From assembly GCA_030390025.1 (NCBI GenBank), contig CM059431.1, forward strand, positions 109,680,001 through 109,744,000: a stretch of DNA of 64,000 bases. The letters run 5' to 3'. Position 1 is the stretch's first letter; every line of letters begins with the position of its first letter. Both the position numbers and the translations under genes were made by a program. Below the pieces are notes generated by a model. That model was not told the DNA's origin and did not search any database. It saw nothing but the letters and a program-made list of their open reading frames with translations. The stretch comes from Squalus acanthias (lineage: Eukaryota). Positions 1 through 13,677 of the stretch are shown here, one piece after another.

Positions 1-403
1 ACATTCACTCCCTCCACCACCGGTGTACCGTGGCTGCAGTGTGTACCATCTACAAGATGCACTGCAGCAACTCGCCAAGGCTTCTTCAGCAGCACCTCCC
101 AAACCCGCGACCTCTTCCACCTAGAAGGACAAGGGCAGCAGGCACATGGGAACACCACCTCCTCCAAGTTCCCCTCCAAGTCACACACCATCCTGACTTC
201 GAAGTATATCGCCGTTCCTTCATCGTCGCTGGGTCAAAATCCTGGAACTCCCTCCCTAACAGCACTGTGGGAGCACCTTCACCACACGGACTGCAGCGGT
301 TCAAGAAGGCGGCTCACCACCACCTTCTCAAGGGCAACTAGGGATGGGCAATAAATGCTGGCCTTGCCAGCGATGCCCACATCCCATAAACAAATTTTAA
401 AAA
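1..403 (+). mobile_element. 3' end of a CR1/L2-group (jockey-like RT) LINE, running off the left edge; same family as 33280-34143
   Basis: ORF 30-341 (AAVCTIYKMHCSNSPRLL...FKKAAHHHLLKGN*) is nearly identical to the C-terminus of ORF 33199-34119. The 3' UTR forms a stem-loop (gggatgggca...tgcccacatccc enclosing gctggc-ctt-gccagc) followed by an A-rich tail. Confidence 0.85.
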
Positions 404-2589
404 CATATGGGTAGGAGAGACATATATGGAGGATGAAATCAAAGACATACAATGAAAATAAATAAAATACTCATAACACTCAAATGAATGAACTTGCGGG
501 TCGACTATATCAAGCAGTCTTTTTGTTGGCTAACTTTTGTAAACACATTTAGGTATGATCAAATCGAGGTAAAAACAGAAGAAAATGTCGCTGCTTCATT
601 CCACCAGTCTTGCTTACTCACATCTACTTTTTTTAAATTCATCTGTACCCTTAGAGGAACATACAGCCCATAAAAATTGTGAAATGCTATAAAGCTTTAA
701 ACCGATGGCCTACACCTATGCAAATGAGATTAGATGTATTTGTAACAGTAAAGTGTATTACTTCTTTCTATTTCAGTTTCTTTGTGAAATCTGGGGATAA
801 GGTTTTAAAACTAAGTAAAGTATTTACTTTGTAATTCTGGGCTGATAGTTGGTCTATTACTTGTGATTTAATCATTTGCTATTACTTTATTGCCCTTAAA
901 ATGTTTATATTAATTTTTAAAATCACTTTTGCCCTACAGAAATTCTGCTGTGAGAAAAAAGACATTGGGTGAGAAAGGTTATTTTGGTCCACCAAGCACG
1001 ATACTTCAGTAGACCGTGTACGATCTACCTTGTCATGGTTTCTTCTCCACTTGTCTCATCTCCTGATGAAAATTTCTGCAAACTTATTCTCTGCCCTGCG
1101 AAGGTAAATCAAGCAAAACTCCTGAAACTTACTGAATCGTATCCATCTTAAATGGTGAGTCATAGACCAGTCGGCTTCCTTGGCATGATGTTTCCATGGT
1201 GCAAGCAGCTCAGGAACCCACACTAACCTCTTCTACCTGTAATTAGTTACCTCTGTAAATATGATAACACTTGTGTGTGCCACTGCAAATGTCTTTTGCT
1301 TTGGTGATCAGTAGCAACAACATTTGATATATGCACTTAGACTGATGAACTCCATTATTCAGCTCTGGGTTCTGGTCAGTCAAGAGACAGAACTCACGGT
1401 GTAGTTCAGAGGTCATCAATGTCAGTGCACGAAGCATGCAGTACGGATTTCAAAACCCGCTCCAATAACGTCAAAACAACATACGCGATTTTTAAGAGAT
1501 TAGCGTCTACGTACATGTGAGGAAAGTTATTTATAAAACCACTGTCAGGCGCCACAGGCTTTATTTTGGTTTCCTATACTCTGATTGAGTTTCTTCAATA
1601 GCAAGTGTAAAATGAATATGGGATTGATCTTTGGATGGAATACCAGATTGACAAATAAATGACCATCTTCAATATTTGCTACAGGTAGGTCTGCCAGTGA
1701 TCATAGAGCAAGTTCATGGAAGTCGCCATTATACTTGACACAATCAGGCCTTGCCCTCTGATTTGAGAATTTCTGACTTTCCGATTTAGACATATTAGAG
1801 TATAACAGATAGTTGGGTGTGTGTTCAAGGCAGTAACACATTCAAAATATTTGAATGATGTCGTAAACCATCAGAGCAGTTCATGAATATCATCCAAACA
1901 GCAAGAATGCTGATTAAAGCTCAGCCCCACACTTGTTTCTTCTATTTGTCTGTTTCATATCCAGGGTTTCATTTGTTTCCTCTTCTATCTAAGTTCTCCC
2001 ACTGCAGTTCATACGTTCTAATACTGCTGCCTATTTGTCCTTCTCACCAGTAGCCAAAGACATTATATGAGCATTTGCTGTGTGCCTTCCCATCATTTGA
2101 CAGGAAGTGAGAAGGGGTGATTTACAAGATGACACGCGACCAAGGTTATGCAATCTAACACTGCAAATCCAAACTGCTTGGGAAGAAATCCAGTTCAGGT
2201 TGGTGATTTGTTTGGATTAGAAATCTTGTGTGCATAAAACAAAAGTATATGCAGACCCAAAAAAAATGACTGGAATTAATTTGATGAAAACTGTTGCGAT
2301 GCTTTTTCTAAAGTCATGAGTTAATCTTTAGTTTCTGGCTAGAGAATATTTTACTTTAAACAGGTTAATGATTTTGTTAAAATAGTGAACAGAGGATTTT
2401 CACGTGAATACAAATATTGCACTCTAGAATTTCAATCTCAAAGAGTTAATTCCCTCAGTGCAAACCCCATCTGGTGTTAGCATTGAAGTTTGTACTGAAT
2501 GAGATAACATTTTGTGTAGGGAGGTAACTTTTCATGTTAGATGAACAAAAAAAGTCTTTGCAAAAATCAAAGAATGGACCCCACACTCT

Positions 2590-2811
2590 CTCTCTAGCTC
2601 TGGGACCTAGGTTTAAATCAAATGAAATTGATGAGGTGAAAGTTTTATCTTTCTTATGGCGGGAAGTCCGAAGTGAGATGAGGTTGGACAGTTTTAATCT
2701 GGTACTTAATGAGCATAGGCCTGCGATGCAAAATTGTAAGTCCTAAGTGAAATGGGTTTGGACAGTGTCAACCTGATAATTAGTGGGCATAAGGCTCCAA
2801 TGTAAAATTGT
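2590..2811 (+). repeat. Old SINE-like fragment (LF-SINE-like) with a degenerate 74-bp tandem duplication
   Basis: B-box-like ctctgggacctaggtttaaatc. Units 2664-2737 and 2738-2811 align end to end (aagtcc.aagtga.atg...ttggacagt...gcata.g.ct...aaaattgt). Family assignment is from recalled similarity only. Confidence 0.4.
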
Positions 2812-3361
2812 ATGTAATTCAACAATGATTAGCACTGCACAGCAAGTTCACCCACAGAGACCACATGGATGGCTCATGTGCAAATTCAAATGTTACACTG
2901 GTGCAGCAGTCTTTTTCATATTGTGTTTTAAGAATTTTGCTGGTGCAGAGTAGAGGAAACATTACCATGCAGCCAATACTCATATTTCACTGCATTTTGG
3001 GGCAGTGCCACTATTTTCTACATCCCAGCCTGACGTATGCAGCACTCAACATCAACTGTCGTAACCTCAGTGGGGCCATTTCCGAGATGTCACCCTGAGT
3101 TGGTTTTCCTTTGTGCCAACCGCAGAATAATTCAACCTTGGCTCTTTTATTTTTAAAGAAAAAAATTGGTGACCTTTGTCAACGCTTTAATGGCACTAAC
3201 GAGTGAAGTTCTGTTGTGAAAGAGTTGTTAGGCATGCTTTGTCACAGATAGAATTATAGGCAAGAGATCAATACATTTTTGAAGAGAAAAGTGGTTAAAT
3301 ATTTGAAGCAGAGGCAAGTATAGTGCTATAGGGAGGAATCAGCGTTGTGCCTCTGTAGCAT

Positions 3362-3476
3362 CTTCCAGTTCTGATGAAGGGACATTATGAAACGTTAACT
3401 TTCGCTGCCCGACTTGCTGAGTGCTTCTGGCACTTTCTGTTTTTATTTCAGATTTCCAGCATCTGCAGTGTTTTGT
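3362..3476 (+). mobile_element. PLE family B 3' end (pLTR) with degenerate minimal hammerhead
   Basis: agtt-CTGATGA-agggacattat-GAAA-cgtt-aact, followed by the family tail gctgcccgacttgctgag...ttttatttcagatttccagcatctgcagt. Confidence 0.75.
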
Positions 3477-3504
3477 TAATTTGCAGTGGGATTAGTTTGT
3501 GATT

Positions 3505-3914
3505 AAGCAGCGCCTCGATTTCAAAATTCTCATCCTTGTTTTCAAATCCCTCCATGGCCTCGCCTCTTCCTATCTCTGTAATCTCCTTCAGCCCCACAAC
3601 CCCCGAGATATCTGCGCTCCTCTAATTCTGCCCTCTTGAGCACCCCTGATTATAATCGCTCAACCATTGGTGGCTGTGCCTTCTATTGCCTAGGCCCTAA
3701 ACTCTGGAATTCCCTGCCTAAACCTCTCTGCCTCGCTACCTCTCTTTCCTCCTTTAAGACGCTCCTTAAAACCTACCTCTTTGGTCACCTACCCTAATTT
3801 ATCCTTAAGTGGCCTCAGTGTCAAATTTTTTGTCTTATAATACTCCTGTGCAGCGCCTTGGAACATTTTACTACGTTAAAGGCGCTAGAAAATACAAGTT
3901 GTTGTTGTTGTTGT
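3505..3914 (+). mobile_element. L2 LINE 3' fragment
   Basis: RLDFKILILVFKSLHGLA-type C-terminal coding remnant, tail aaaggcgctagaaaatacaag(ttg)n, and a short tgatt duplication on both sides. Confidence 0.85.
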
Positions 3915-4036
3915 TGATTGCTGTAGCAAAGTGTCGCATGGACACAATGGGCAGAATGGCCTCCTTCAGTGCTGTAAACTTCTTTGGAGCTATGACCCAC
4001 ACGTACCAATAAGGCCTCATGACTCCGGTTGGAAAG

Positions 4037-4132
4037 AGTGTGTGTGTATATATATATATATATATATGTATATTGTGTGTGTGGGTATATAAGTATATGT
4101 AAGTATGTATATGTAAGTATATATAAGTATGT
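4037..4132. repeat. (GT)n/(TA)n compound microsatellite
   Basis: Visible directly in the sequence. Confidence 0.9.
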
Positions 4133-4135
4133 AAA

Positions 4136-4238
4136 ATAAAAGGCATTTATATAGCGCCTTTCATGACCTCAGGATGTCCCAAAGCACTTCACAACCAATG
4201 AAGTACTTTTGAAGTGTAGTCACTGTTGTAATGTAGGA
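4136..4238 (-). mobile_element. Deu-SINE (SacSINE1-like) 3' fragment
   Basis: Reverse complement of the SINE tail cctacattacaacagtgactacacttcaaaagtacttcattgg...aaaggcgctatataaatgc. Confidence 0.85.
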
Positions 4239-7200
4239 TAGGCATGTATATATGTGTGAACCTAAATGGCAATTGTCAGAAGGATATTGAGGGCATCAAA
4301 ACCAGATCCAATCCATATATGTATATCTATATCTATCTATATATATAGATAGATATGAAGAATGGTCACTTGGGTGGGATACCAGATGATGGTTGGTGAT
4401 TGTAGAATCACACTGCTTTAAGGTTCAGGGTTTTTAGAAGAGAAAAAAAAAATCGCGGACATTCTATAAAACAACTCAGTTGATCTATGAGTTCTTTTCA
4501 GTCAGAAGAAAATGTAAAGTCTGCAGGTTTCAGCATCCCCTGCCATCAGTGCTTCACCACAAACTGACTGGGCTCACGCCAGAATGCCAGAGCTGTACAG
4601 GCCCTGACAATACAGCAGGGTCATAATTCATGCTGCTTTGCACTCAGAAATACTTAAAGCTGCCACCTGTTGCAATCTTTTTTTCCCTACTTCTACCTCA
4701 AGCAGAGATCTTCATTTTTTTTCTGTCGGTCGGAGAGGGGACCTTTCTAATGCTACTCAGGTGAACAGTTGAAAAGATTTTACAGAACAAATAAGTGGGT
4801 CAAATGAGCTGAGTAGAGAGCTACAAGGCTGGGATCTAATCAGTGAGTTCAGGAAATATAACTTTGCAAAACCAGCAGTTTGAGTGGTCTATGAATGTTA
4901 CTGGAGTTCACAAGATTGGATTACAAATGTTACCTCCATTCCATGTCTTTGTTATTTTATGAAAAACTAGTTACTCTATTTCTTTCAAGGATGGCAAGAG
5001 AAAGTTTCACTTTGGAATTTTTTCTATTCATTTCCAATTCACTAAATGTTTTTACAGAGCAAGTTCTTTTTTAATAATCTTATAAACAAATGACTTGTCT
5101 TTCATTCTACTGTTCCACAGTGATCTCAGGTGGCTTTATAGGAGTGGGCATTTAGGTTTCAAGTTCCTGATTTCAGTGTCAGCTTAGAAGATTTAAAATC
5201 ATGGTACTCAGTCTCGACTCCACATGCAAATTTCCTTCGACAGCGAGGCTGTGTCTCCCCTCTCATTATGGCATGGGAAATGGACTAATCAGCCAATATA
5301 CTCCAGGGACTAGCTGCAGACCACTTCTTAGCCCTGGACTGATTAGACCACCTTACATCAGGAAAAAAATGGGCACATGGTTGCCACAGAGTGGAGAGAT
5401 AAAGGTGCACTTCCACACTCCACTGAGCTTGTAATCTAAGCCACTTATATGGAAGAGGCCAAGTAGAGGGTAGGGGCTGGAGTTTCCATAGTGGATAACA
5501 GTAGCGCCCATACATGGAAAAATAATGTATCCCGCTGCACTTTACAGACACCTGCTGTGTTATAAAGAGGGCAGCAAAACTTCAACATGAGCCAAACTGG
5601 ACTAAATTAGGAATTGGCAGTTTAACCCAAAATTACTTATCAGGTCACGTTGGCTTATCAATTCAATTCCGCTGTCATTCCTATTGTCTAATAAAACTTT
5701 TTCTTTTAAATTCCATTCTACGTTTTATACTAAAGACAAATGGCTTCACAACAATTTGTCACAATGTGCATCTTTCGATCAATATTAACATTTCTAGACA
5801 AGATGAAGATTTTTATCATGTTACTTGGTCTTACTGAGAAATGATTGTCGATATTTGTTTTTTTGTTGTTGTTATGCATTGGGAATACAAGGTCCATTGG
5901 TGAGACGGACAAAGTAGACAAAAGACTATTACTTCCAAAAGTGACATTTGACCTGAAGGACATATTTCATAGCAGTTTGCGGGTTAATCATTCCTGCAGA
6001 GTATATAATGAAATGTCCATTTTGTGCTTGCTGATGGGTATTTCTATTTATATCATGTGTGTGGTCTGCAGAGCTGTTAGATAACACCCATGGGATATCA
6101 CATCTATTCATTAAAGAACAGCCCTCGTGTGACACAGCCATGGGTACAATACATGACAATTAATGAAGCAACATTTGGAAGACCAAACCACACGCACTGC
6201 ATTACCTGATCACACCTTCATGCCTTACTATTTTTCCTCAAGACTATATACTGTGGTTAAAAGTGTCACAACAAATTATTTTATAAAGCCACAGGCAAAC
6301 GTAAGCTGATGATACCCTTGCTTTAAAAGAATAAGGTATAAATTGGAGCAGCTCCGAATGCAAAACATTTTTCACTCCTGACCCAGAACTGCTTCACTCA
6401 AACGTGACTTCATCATTCATGTATTGTACTTCAAGATCAGGACAACATATTCCAATGCAATGCAGTTGATAACCCTGTATCTCTGTCAATGATGCAGACT
6501 TTGTGCCATTATGCAGCCATAACCTGCACCCGCTGACATAAAGAAGCATTAAATGCAGCAGAGTGCGAGAACCATTCTCTTAAAAGCAAGCTAGTGACAA
6601 AAGGACAAGCATTGTGTTGCCTACGTTATGTATAATAATAAATGACATTGAGTTTAAGATAGCTGCATATTACCTATAATGATAGTGTACCTAGGGTAGG
6701 TAAAGAAAATTAATTGATGTACAGAATGCTTCTTTACATCTTTGACCATTTCTGAATGTCATTGCACCTCCAAATAAGTACTGCCAAAATTCATCACGAG
6801 TAATGCAGATGCCAGCTTTGCGATAAATTTATAGAAGCCTACAACAGATCTCATGCTTAATTGCAATCACATTTGCATAATTATGCGCAGCAATAAATTC
6901 CCAGCTGAGCAGAAACATTATCACAAAAGATTTTAACTTCTCTTCTGAGTCCAACTGAAATAAAATTTTCCTTTCTGTTTCATTTAATAGTTCTAAAGAA
7001 TAGGAGGACCACCTTGAGCACGTTTCCTTTTTTTTAGGAAAGTAATTACAATAATCTACATTTTTCACTGTTAATCATGTGTGTCAGCGTCATTATTTTT
7101 CATTTACAGACACTGATGAAATTAAGAAGAACAATTTGTGCTGATGCACTGCAATGTGCCTCCTAGGTGTATGCAATTCCCAGTAAATATGAGCCTGAAT

Positions 7201-7358
7201 AACTGCAACCATCGCTCCATAAACTGTACCTATATTGGCATCTTAAAAACTCAAGTACATGTATTGTTGTACTGTTCATTTTTCTCTCCAGTAGTTATTC
7301 ATTGCATTTTATCATAATTTCAATAACCCATCATCAGTCATACCTTGGCTTTATTATA

Positions 7359-7784
7359 AAAGAAAAGAAAGACTTACATTTATATAGCGCCTTTCACGAC
7401 CACCGGACGTCCCAAAGCGCTTTACAGCCAATTAAGTATTTTTTGAAGTGACGTCACTGTTGTAATGTGGGAAACGCAGCAGCCAATTTGCGCACAGCAA
7501 GCTCCCACAAACAGCAATGTGATAATGACCAGATAATCGTTTTTTTGTTATGTTGATTAAGGATAAATATTGGCCAGGACACCGGGGAGAACGCCCCTGC
7601 TCTTCTGCGAAATAGTGCCGCGGGATCTTTCACGTCCACCTGAGAGAGCAGACGGGGCCTCGGTTTAATGTCTCATCCAAAAGACGGCACCTCCGACAGT
7701 GCAGCACTCCCTCAATACTGCACTGGAGCGTCAGCCTAGATTTTTGTGCTCAAGTCTCTGGCGTGGGACTTGAACCCACAACCA

Positions 7785-7823
<39 letters not shown>

Positions 7824-7828
7824 GCTGA
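7359..7828 (-). mobile_element. Full-length tRNA-derived Deu-SINE (SacSINE1/AmnSINE1-like)
   Basis: On the minus strand: A box tggctcagtggg, B box gggttcaagtccc, Deu-type body (gtgctgcactgtcggaggtgccgtcttt...ggtggacgt...aaatattt/tatcc...attgctgtttgtgggagcttgctgtgcgcaaattggctgc) and (cttt)n tail. Confidence 0.9.
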
Positions 7829-9245
7829 ATATGCACTATATGGAGTCGATAGTTATAGGTGTCCTTCACCTTTTAATTTTGTACTAACTAGCTAGTAGCA
7901 ATCACTTTTACCAAGAGCTCGCAAGGATGTGATGACATTTCACTTTTGACTAATGTCATATCTTTAGGGGTAACCCCTTTACTAAAGGTAGCAAGCATAC
8001 TCAACCCATCTGTTTTTAAAATTAAATTGCAATGCTGTTCACATGCGTTTTTCTGGAGATGTTTCAATTACCTAGTGAATATGTTGAGCTAAAAAAGCAT
8101 TCCAAATTAAAGGGAGCAGAACACTGAGCACGAGTGCGAAGCAGCCATTTGCAATGTGAGGATTTCACCAGTTCACAGGTTCTTGAGTAGCCAGTTGATT
8201 GAGAGGAGACTAAAACCAGTTAAGGCTACTAATTGTAGGGAGAAAGATATCGCACTCCCCAAAGCTAACCTCTTTGGTAGCCAAATGATAACAAGTGTTA
8301 TCCAGAGCATCACACGCTGGGGGAGGACAGCTCAGAGGTGAAGCAGAAACAGAGATAGAAATGCAATGGGGTTAATAATAATTATTGATAATGTAAACAT
8401 TAAACCAAAGTTCCAAATTACTACCAATATATAAATGCAGTTAGACTTGTAATTACGGACAAATTAAACTTAAATATTTTTTTTAAATGTAAAGGTGAAA
8501 GAGTCTGCAGTAAATAGGTGAATGTCTATCTGCTATGAAAGGGAGAAGTAAGTTTTCTGAGTCAACTAGAGTTCAGTTGGTGTTATTGTATGTGCTGATT
8601 TAGTGGAAGTAATGTGGTAGTGTTAGGACTGTCATAACAGTTAGTAAGTTAGCATTTTACTATTGGAAACGCAACATGGGTCTTGTCTACTTACAGTAAG
8701 AATATTGATTTGTGAAATACGGGGCTTATTCCATATTGCATGGCTTGACATGAGCACTTCTAAGCCTGCTTTGATTCAGTTCAGCAGCATCACTAGAGTC
8801 AGCAGTGCTGAGCTGGTCAGTTCAACTCAAACCTCTTCAAATGCTAAAGAGTTCAGTACTCTGTTGATTTGATTGGAAACAGCAATATGTAACAGAGCCA
8901 TACAGACTAGAAGACCTCAGGCCTGTTCTAAGTGAACTGATCTAGCCAGGTCAGCAAGTAGAGCAGTGCAATTAGGCCCAGTGCCCTTGGGTCAGCGAGG
9001 GAAATAGAAACCAGATTTCCTGCTCCTCATTGTAACCAGTTCCTCCTAGAAGGTACAGATGTGTGAACAAAAGGTGAGCACAGGATTGGCATCAGTTACC
9101 AGCAGAGAGTTTGCTAGGCTCACACATGAAGAATGGCCACTCAGGTAAAGCATTGGATAGTGTCTGGAGCCCACATTTCAGCACAAGACACTGCCTTTGG
9201 AAGAGGGCGTGAGAAAATTGGATGTGAAAAATCAGTTCAGCTTTT

Positions 9246-10418
9246 AAAATCTAGGCTGACACTCCAGTGCAGTACTGAGGGAGTGCTGTGTGGTTGGAGC
9301 TGCGTCTTCCAATGAGATGTTAAACCAAAGTTCTTTCTGACTGTTCAAGTGGACATTAAGGGGGAAAAATTCAGTTGCTTTGCGCCTCCCGTTAGCGATG
9401 GCGCTAAACAATACCGCCACGATCTCCTGTGCCCGCAGATCGTGACGTCAGTCAAGCGTGCAATGCCCTGGTAGCGCCCCAGACCGGATATTGAGTGGTG
9501 CCCCCTACCTTTCTGCCTGCCGCTAACAATGACAGGTTGAGGGGAACGTTTTGCAGTCGGGAAGGGACTGGGGGAGCGCTATTTAAAGGCGGCCACTTCC
9601 TGCCTTTTTTTGTCGGCAACATTTTTGCACCACGCATTCTGAGAGAGAGAGACTTCTGGAGAGATTCAATGCTGTGTGAAGGAGTTTTGGGTACTGAGCA
9701 GCACTTTGCAGGTTCATTTTGATTTGACCTTCCTTGCATCGATTTAGAAGAGACTGTGGGGGCTGCACTCTGAGCTCTTTCCCTGGGCCTCTCCATTGTT
9801 CTTTCCAGCAGATTTGATGTACAGGTCTCTCCAGGCTGAGATTCAAGGCTGCAATGAGTAGGATGTGGATGGAAAGCAAGATCGACCCTCCCCTTTAAGA
9901 ACTGGCCGGCGCCAATGTGCCTGTGTTCCATTGCTAACTGACATCTCATGAGCTTCGCCAACGCTCTGAGGTAGCGCCTCGCTCCTCGGCGTTAGCGCCT
10001 TAAGAGAGGTGTATAGCACCTGATTTAGCGCTCCAATCACCTCCAGGGGCGATAGAAGCCAAGTTTGCAGTCGGAAGGCGATAATTAACGGCAGGCTCTA
10101 AACTTTGCGCCCGACCGATAATTGCGCCCCTGATGGGGCGATACCGAATTTCTCCCCCTAAAGGTCGTAAAGCACTATTTCAAAGAAGAGCCTGACGTTC
10201 TCCCAGTGACCTTGAAAACATTTTTCCCTCAACCACTACAAAAAAACATTAATTTCATTGCTGTTTGTGGCAGGTTGCTGTGCACCAAACGGCTTTCTCA
10301 TTTACCACTGTAACAACAATGACTGCACTTAAAAGTAATTCATTGTACATGAAATGCTTTGAGATGTTTCTGAGAGGGATGATCAGGTGCCGTGTTAATG
10401 CAAGTCTTTCTTTCTTTA
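9246..10418 (+). mobile_element. Deu-SINE copy split by a Harbinger-type MITE
   Basis: SINE body 9246-9359 (aaatctaggctgacactccagtgcagtactgagggag...gtggacat) resumes at 10162 (gcactatttcaaagaagag...aatgcaagtctttctttc). Confidence 0.8.
9360..10158. mobile_element. PIF/Harbinger-type non-autonomous element (MITE); same family as 39332-40098
   Basis: TIRs gggggaaaaattc / gaatttctccccc, 3-bp TAA TSD (9357-9359, 10159-10161), subterminal ttagcgc/gcgctaa repeats. Confidence 0.85.
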
Positions 10419-11463
10419 CAACCATGGTTCGTGACAGTATTTCAGTAACTTTTTGATAAACCTTTGAGCAGTTTTTACGGTCAAGTCAGTCATCACGAGG
10501 GTTCATTTCTATTTTTGAAAGTTTAAAAAAATATTAAGAACTCCACTACTGATGAAGTCTTGACCAGTGAGTGCAAAAATAAAAAAGTCTGCCCGCCACC
10601 ATCCACCCGCCCAATAAAGAAATCCCCGTCATTTTACGTGGAAAAAAGATAGGGGAGACTGATGAAGTATTGTCAAAAGGAAAACAATTAAAAAAAACTT
10701 TACTCACAGCACATAGAGTTAATATTCAACTAGTTGGAGACTATCATGGTGCCCATGTAGTAAAAGTGATAGCCTGGTAGTTTTACTCCAGAGGATGGAA
10801 GGAACAGAGTTTGGACTCTCTGGGCAGTCTGGTCCAGATAATTGCAGTTAGTATTTTGCATATACAAAAAACAGTATGCAAGATAGCAACCATTGGAAAA
10901 ATGAGTAAAAATCCGAGTAATTACAAAGTTAGGATGATTTATTTAAATATCATTGCATACTGATCTACTATCACACCTGTGTGTATAAATTGTGATTTAC
11001 ACATTTTTATGGTGTATTTTTGCTTTACCAATTGAACAAGCAATCAAGAAATATTAGCATGCATTAAACTTTACCTTTGTGCCATGATTACAATCCAAAC
11101 CAGAACCCTATATAGTCTCTACATCTTCTTATTCAGGAGATCGAACAAGCTGAAAGACTCAACACCTTCACCACAACTACCTCAGTTGCAGATGCTGCAA
11201 AGTGGCCAGGATAATCTAATTTCCAACAAAATATCATCTCCCTTGAATGTTAACACACTGCTGAGAAGTGCTTCCAATATACAATCTGCAGAGGGCATAA
11301 CACTACCTGAGCAGGAAAGAACATTAGCACTATTTCTAATACTAAGGTAGCCATACGCATACAATTCCAGCAGGGGTTGTTGGTTTGAAGGAAGTACACT
11401 GGCTGAATATCGCCCTCCAATACCCTAGATTACTGAGGCCAATTGCAATGTCCCAAACTGTAA

Positions 11464-11700
11464 TAGAAACATAGAAGATAGGAGCAGGAGCAGGCCATTC
11501 AGCCCCTCGAGCCTGCTCCGCCATTCAATGAGATCATGGCTGATCATCCAAATTCAGTACCCTGTCCCTGCTTTCTCCCCATATCCCTTGATCCCTTTAG
11601 CTTTAAGAAATATATCTAACTCCTTCTTGAATATATTTAATGAATTGGCCTCTACTGCCTTCTGTGGTAGAGAATTCCACAGGTTCACCACTCTCTGGGT
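11464..11700 (-). mobile_element. CR1 (HER1-like) LINE 3' end
   Basis: TQRVVNLWNSLPQKAVEA-type remnant on the minus strand, tail atagaaacatagaa, gtaata duplicated at both ends. Confidence 0.9.
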
Positions 11701-13317
11701 AATACTGGTTGAGATTGGCCAATCATCACAAACCAGGGATTTAGCATCAGCCCTCCGAACATACAGAGCTCAGTACCAGAGTTACCTAATGAGCCAGCAG
11801 GAGAGCTTCCCTACAGATTTCTTAAGGATGAAGGAGGAGGGACCCTAGGCACAGGAAGCTGGCTTTGATAATAACATCCATTCAAAATGGAATAGAGCAG
11901 ATTCAGTAGGAAGTTAATTTCAGTATCAGCCAGGTAGATTTATCTGTAATGCGGGTACATTCGGCTTGGCAAGAGGTCCACAGTTATGTATATTCTAGCC
12001 AGGGGGAAGCAAAATCGTAGTTGGCTCACTGGTTGTCAGGCTCACTCAGAACTTTGTCAACAAGATTTCCTCCTTCACAACCTTCCAGCATGTTGTATAT
12101 TGTGCTTGTTTAAAGGATGTTGGCAAGTACGATACAGTATCTGCACAAATACCAGTATGAAGGGGAAGCCAGAAGTCTCCCTTTTCATGTCTACCAGAGA
12201 ATCAAGCTCTGCCTGCTCCAGCTATGGCTTCACACCTGCAAACACATCTGAATAAAGGTATGTGCAGCTTCAACTAGGAGGAGCTCCCGAGACAACAGAA
12301 AGGTATAAGTATAAGGGAAACTAGAGTTTTATCTCTGTAATTATAGCTGAATGTTGGTGTATAAATTGGATGAAAGGTGCTTTAGTAATGTTCAAGGCTG
12401 CCTGGTTATTAATGTTTATTATTATATTAAGATTACGGGTTTCTAGATTAACAAATGAGAACTCTATTTGATATATACTATGGTTACGTTTTTCTTTGAT
12501 TTTCCCAGTAATCAAAAGACCATCACGTGCTAGAGTTCAAAATAATAACTTTTATTCGTGTTTTGGTATTTCATATATTATTTATTTAGTACTTATTTTT
12601 TTCACAAATTATACAATTTGAATATCTGTATGTCTGTAATATTGTATAGTTGCAGGATTGTAAGACTGTAGTGATTCTGTAAAGATGCAGATAGATCCAT
12701 GCTAAACACCTGATAGCATTGATCAATTAGATCTTTGGAAAAAGTTTTTTTTTTAACATGTTTTCAGTTGCCATAATAGTTCCCTTCCTCTGCCCTTAGT
12801 CCTCCATCATGGTCCTTTTATCTAGTCTGCAAGGCTTCTACACCTCTGATTCACTCTTTGGCCTGGTTACTGCTCCACTCCCTTCCATGTCCACCCAAGA
12901 GTTCCAGCTGTGCCCTGATCATTTCCGCCCTCCCGTCAAAACCTGTTGCAGGTGCTCCAGCGGCGCTCCACTTTCTCCCACTCCCATGATGAGTGGTTCA
13001 GCTCCAGTTCCAGACATCCTTCTACCAAGGCCCCAAATCCCTAATGCTACAACTCTGCTCCTTCCCTTCCTGACAATGGTTTGAGGAGCAACTCTGGTTC
13101 CAAGTACAGTACTCGCCACAGTTTCTAGGTCTCACTCCTCTTACTGTCTTTAGCTCCAACCTCTCTCCCCGTTGCATCCTCTGCTGCTCGCCTGCCCCCC
13201 CCCCCGACCCCCCCCAGCTACACTTCCCACAGTGTGATCCTGCTGCAGATCGTGACAACAATTTTTAAGTCGGCAGACAGGCTTACTCAACTTCGGGACC
13301 AACAGATCAGTTGATTT

Positions 13318-13414
13318 GAAAACAGAAAGTGCTGGAAATGCTCAGCAGGCCAGGCAGCGTCTGTGGCGAGAGAAACAGAGTTAACGTTTCAGATCACTGA
13401 CCTTTCGTCAGAAC
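13318..13414 (-). mobile_element. PLE family B pLTR fragment with minimal hammerhead
   Basis: Minus strand reads gtt-CTGACGA-a-aggtc(agt)gatct-GAAA-cgtt-aac, followed by the family body. Confidence 0.8.
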
Positions 13415-13533
13415 ATTTTGCTGAGTTCTGTACACATTCCTTGTACAAACTAAAATGGAGAAGAGCACAGGAAATAGACTGATCTCCAATCCTGACACGG
13501 AGTAAGCCCATGCAACAACCTCAAACTTGAACT

Positions 13534-13677
13534 AATACAATAGCAAAATACTGCAGATGCTGGAAATCCGAAATAACAACAGAAAACGCTGGAAAAACTC
13601 AGCAAGCGAGGCAGCATCCGTGGAGAGAGAAACAGAGTTAACGTTTCAGGTCGAAGACCTTCCACGGATGCTGCCTC
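13534..13677 (-). mobile_element. PLE family B short insertion with inverted segment and 15-bp TSD
   Basis: TSD cctcaaacttgaact at 13519-13533 and 13674-13688. 13661-13677 is the reverse complement of 13608-13624. Confidence 0.85.

Larger units (their letters stand above)
3258..3985 (+). mobile_element. Old CR1 3'-end remnant hosting nested PLE and L2 fragments
   Basis: Degenerate CR1 C-terminal and 3'UTR motifs: atacatttttgaagagaaaagtggttaaatatttgaag...gtgggattag...acaatgggcagaatggcctccttcagtgctgtaaac. Confidence 0.5.

Noticed and set aside
940..1440. Candidate host exons (splice-like signals on both strands, ORF 1243-1437)
   Set aside because: The plus-strand candidate has stops in all frames. 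The minus-strand peptides are short and unrecognisable, with no consistent exon chain.
7454..7639. Recurrent ~60-aa ORF MDVKDP...WSLSHCCLWELAV (also 29949, 45004, 58291)
   Set aside because: It is a chance frame in the Deu-SINE body, repeated only because the SINE is repeated.
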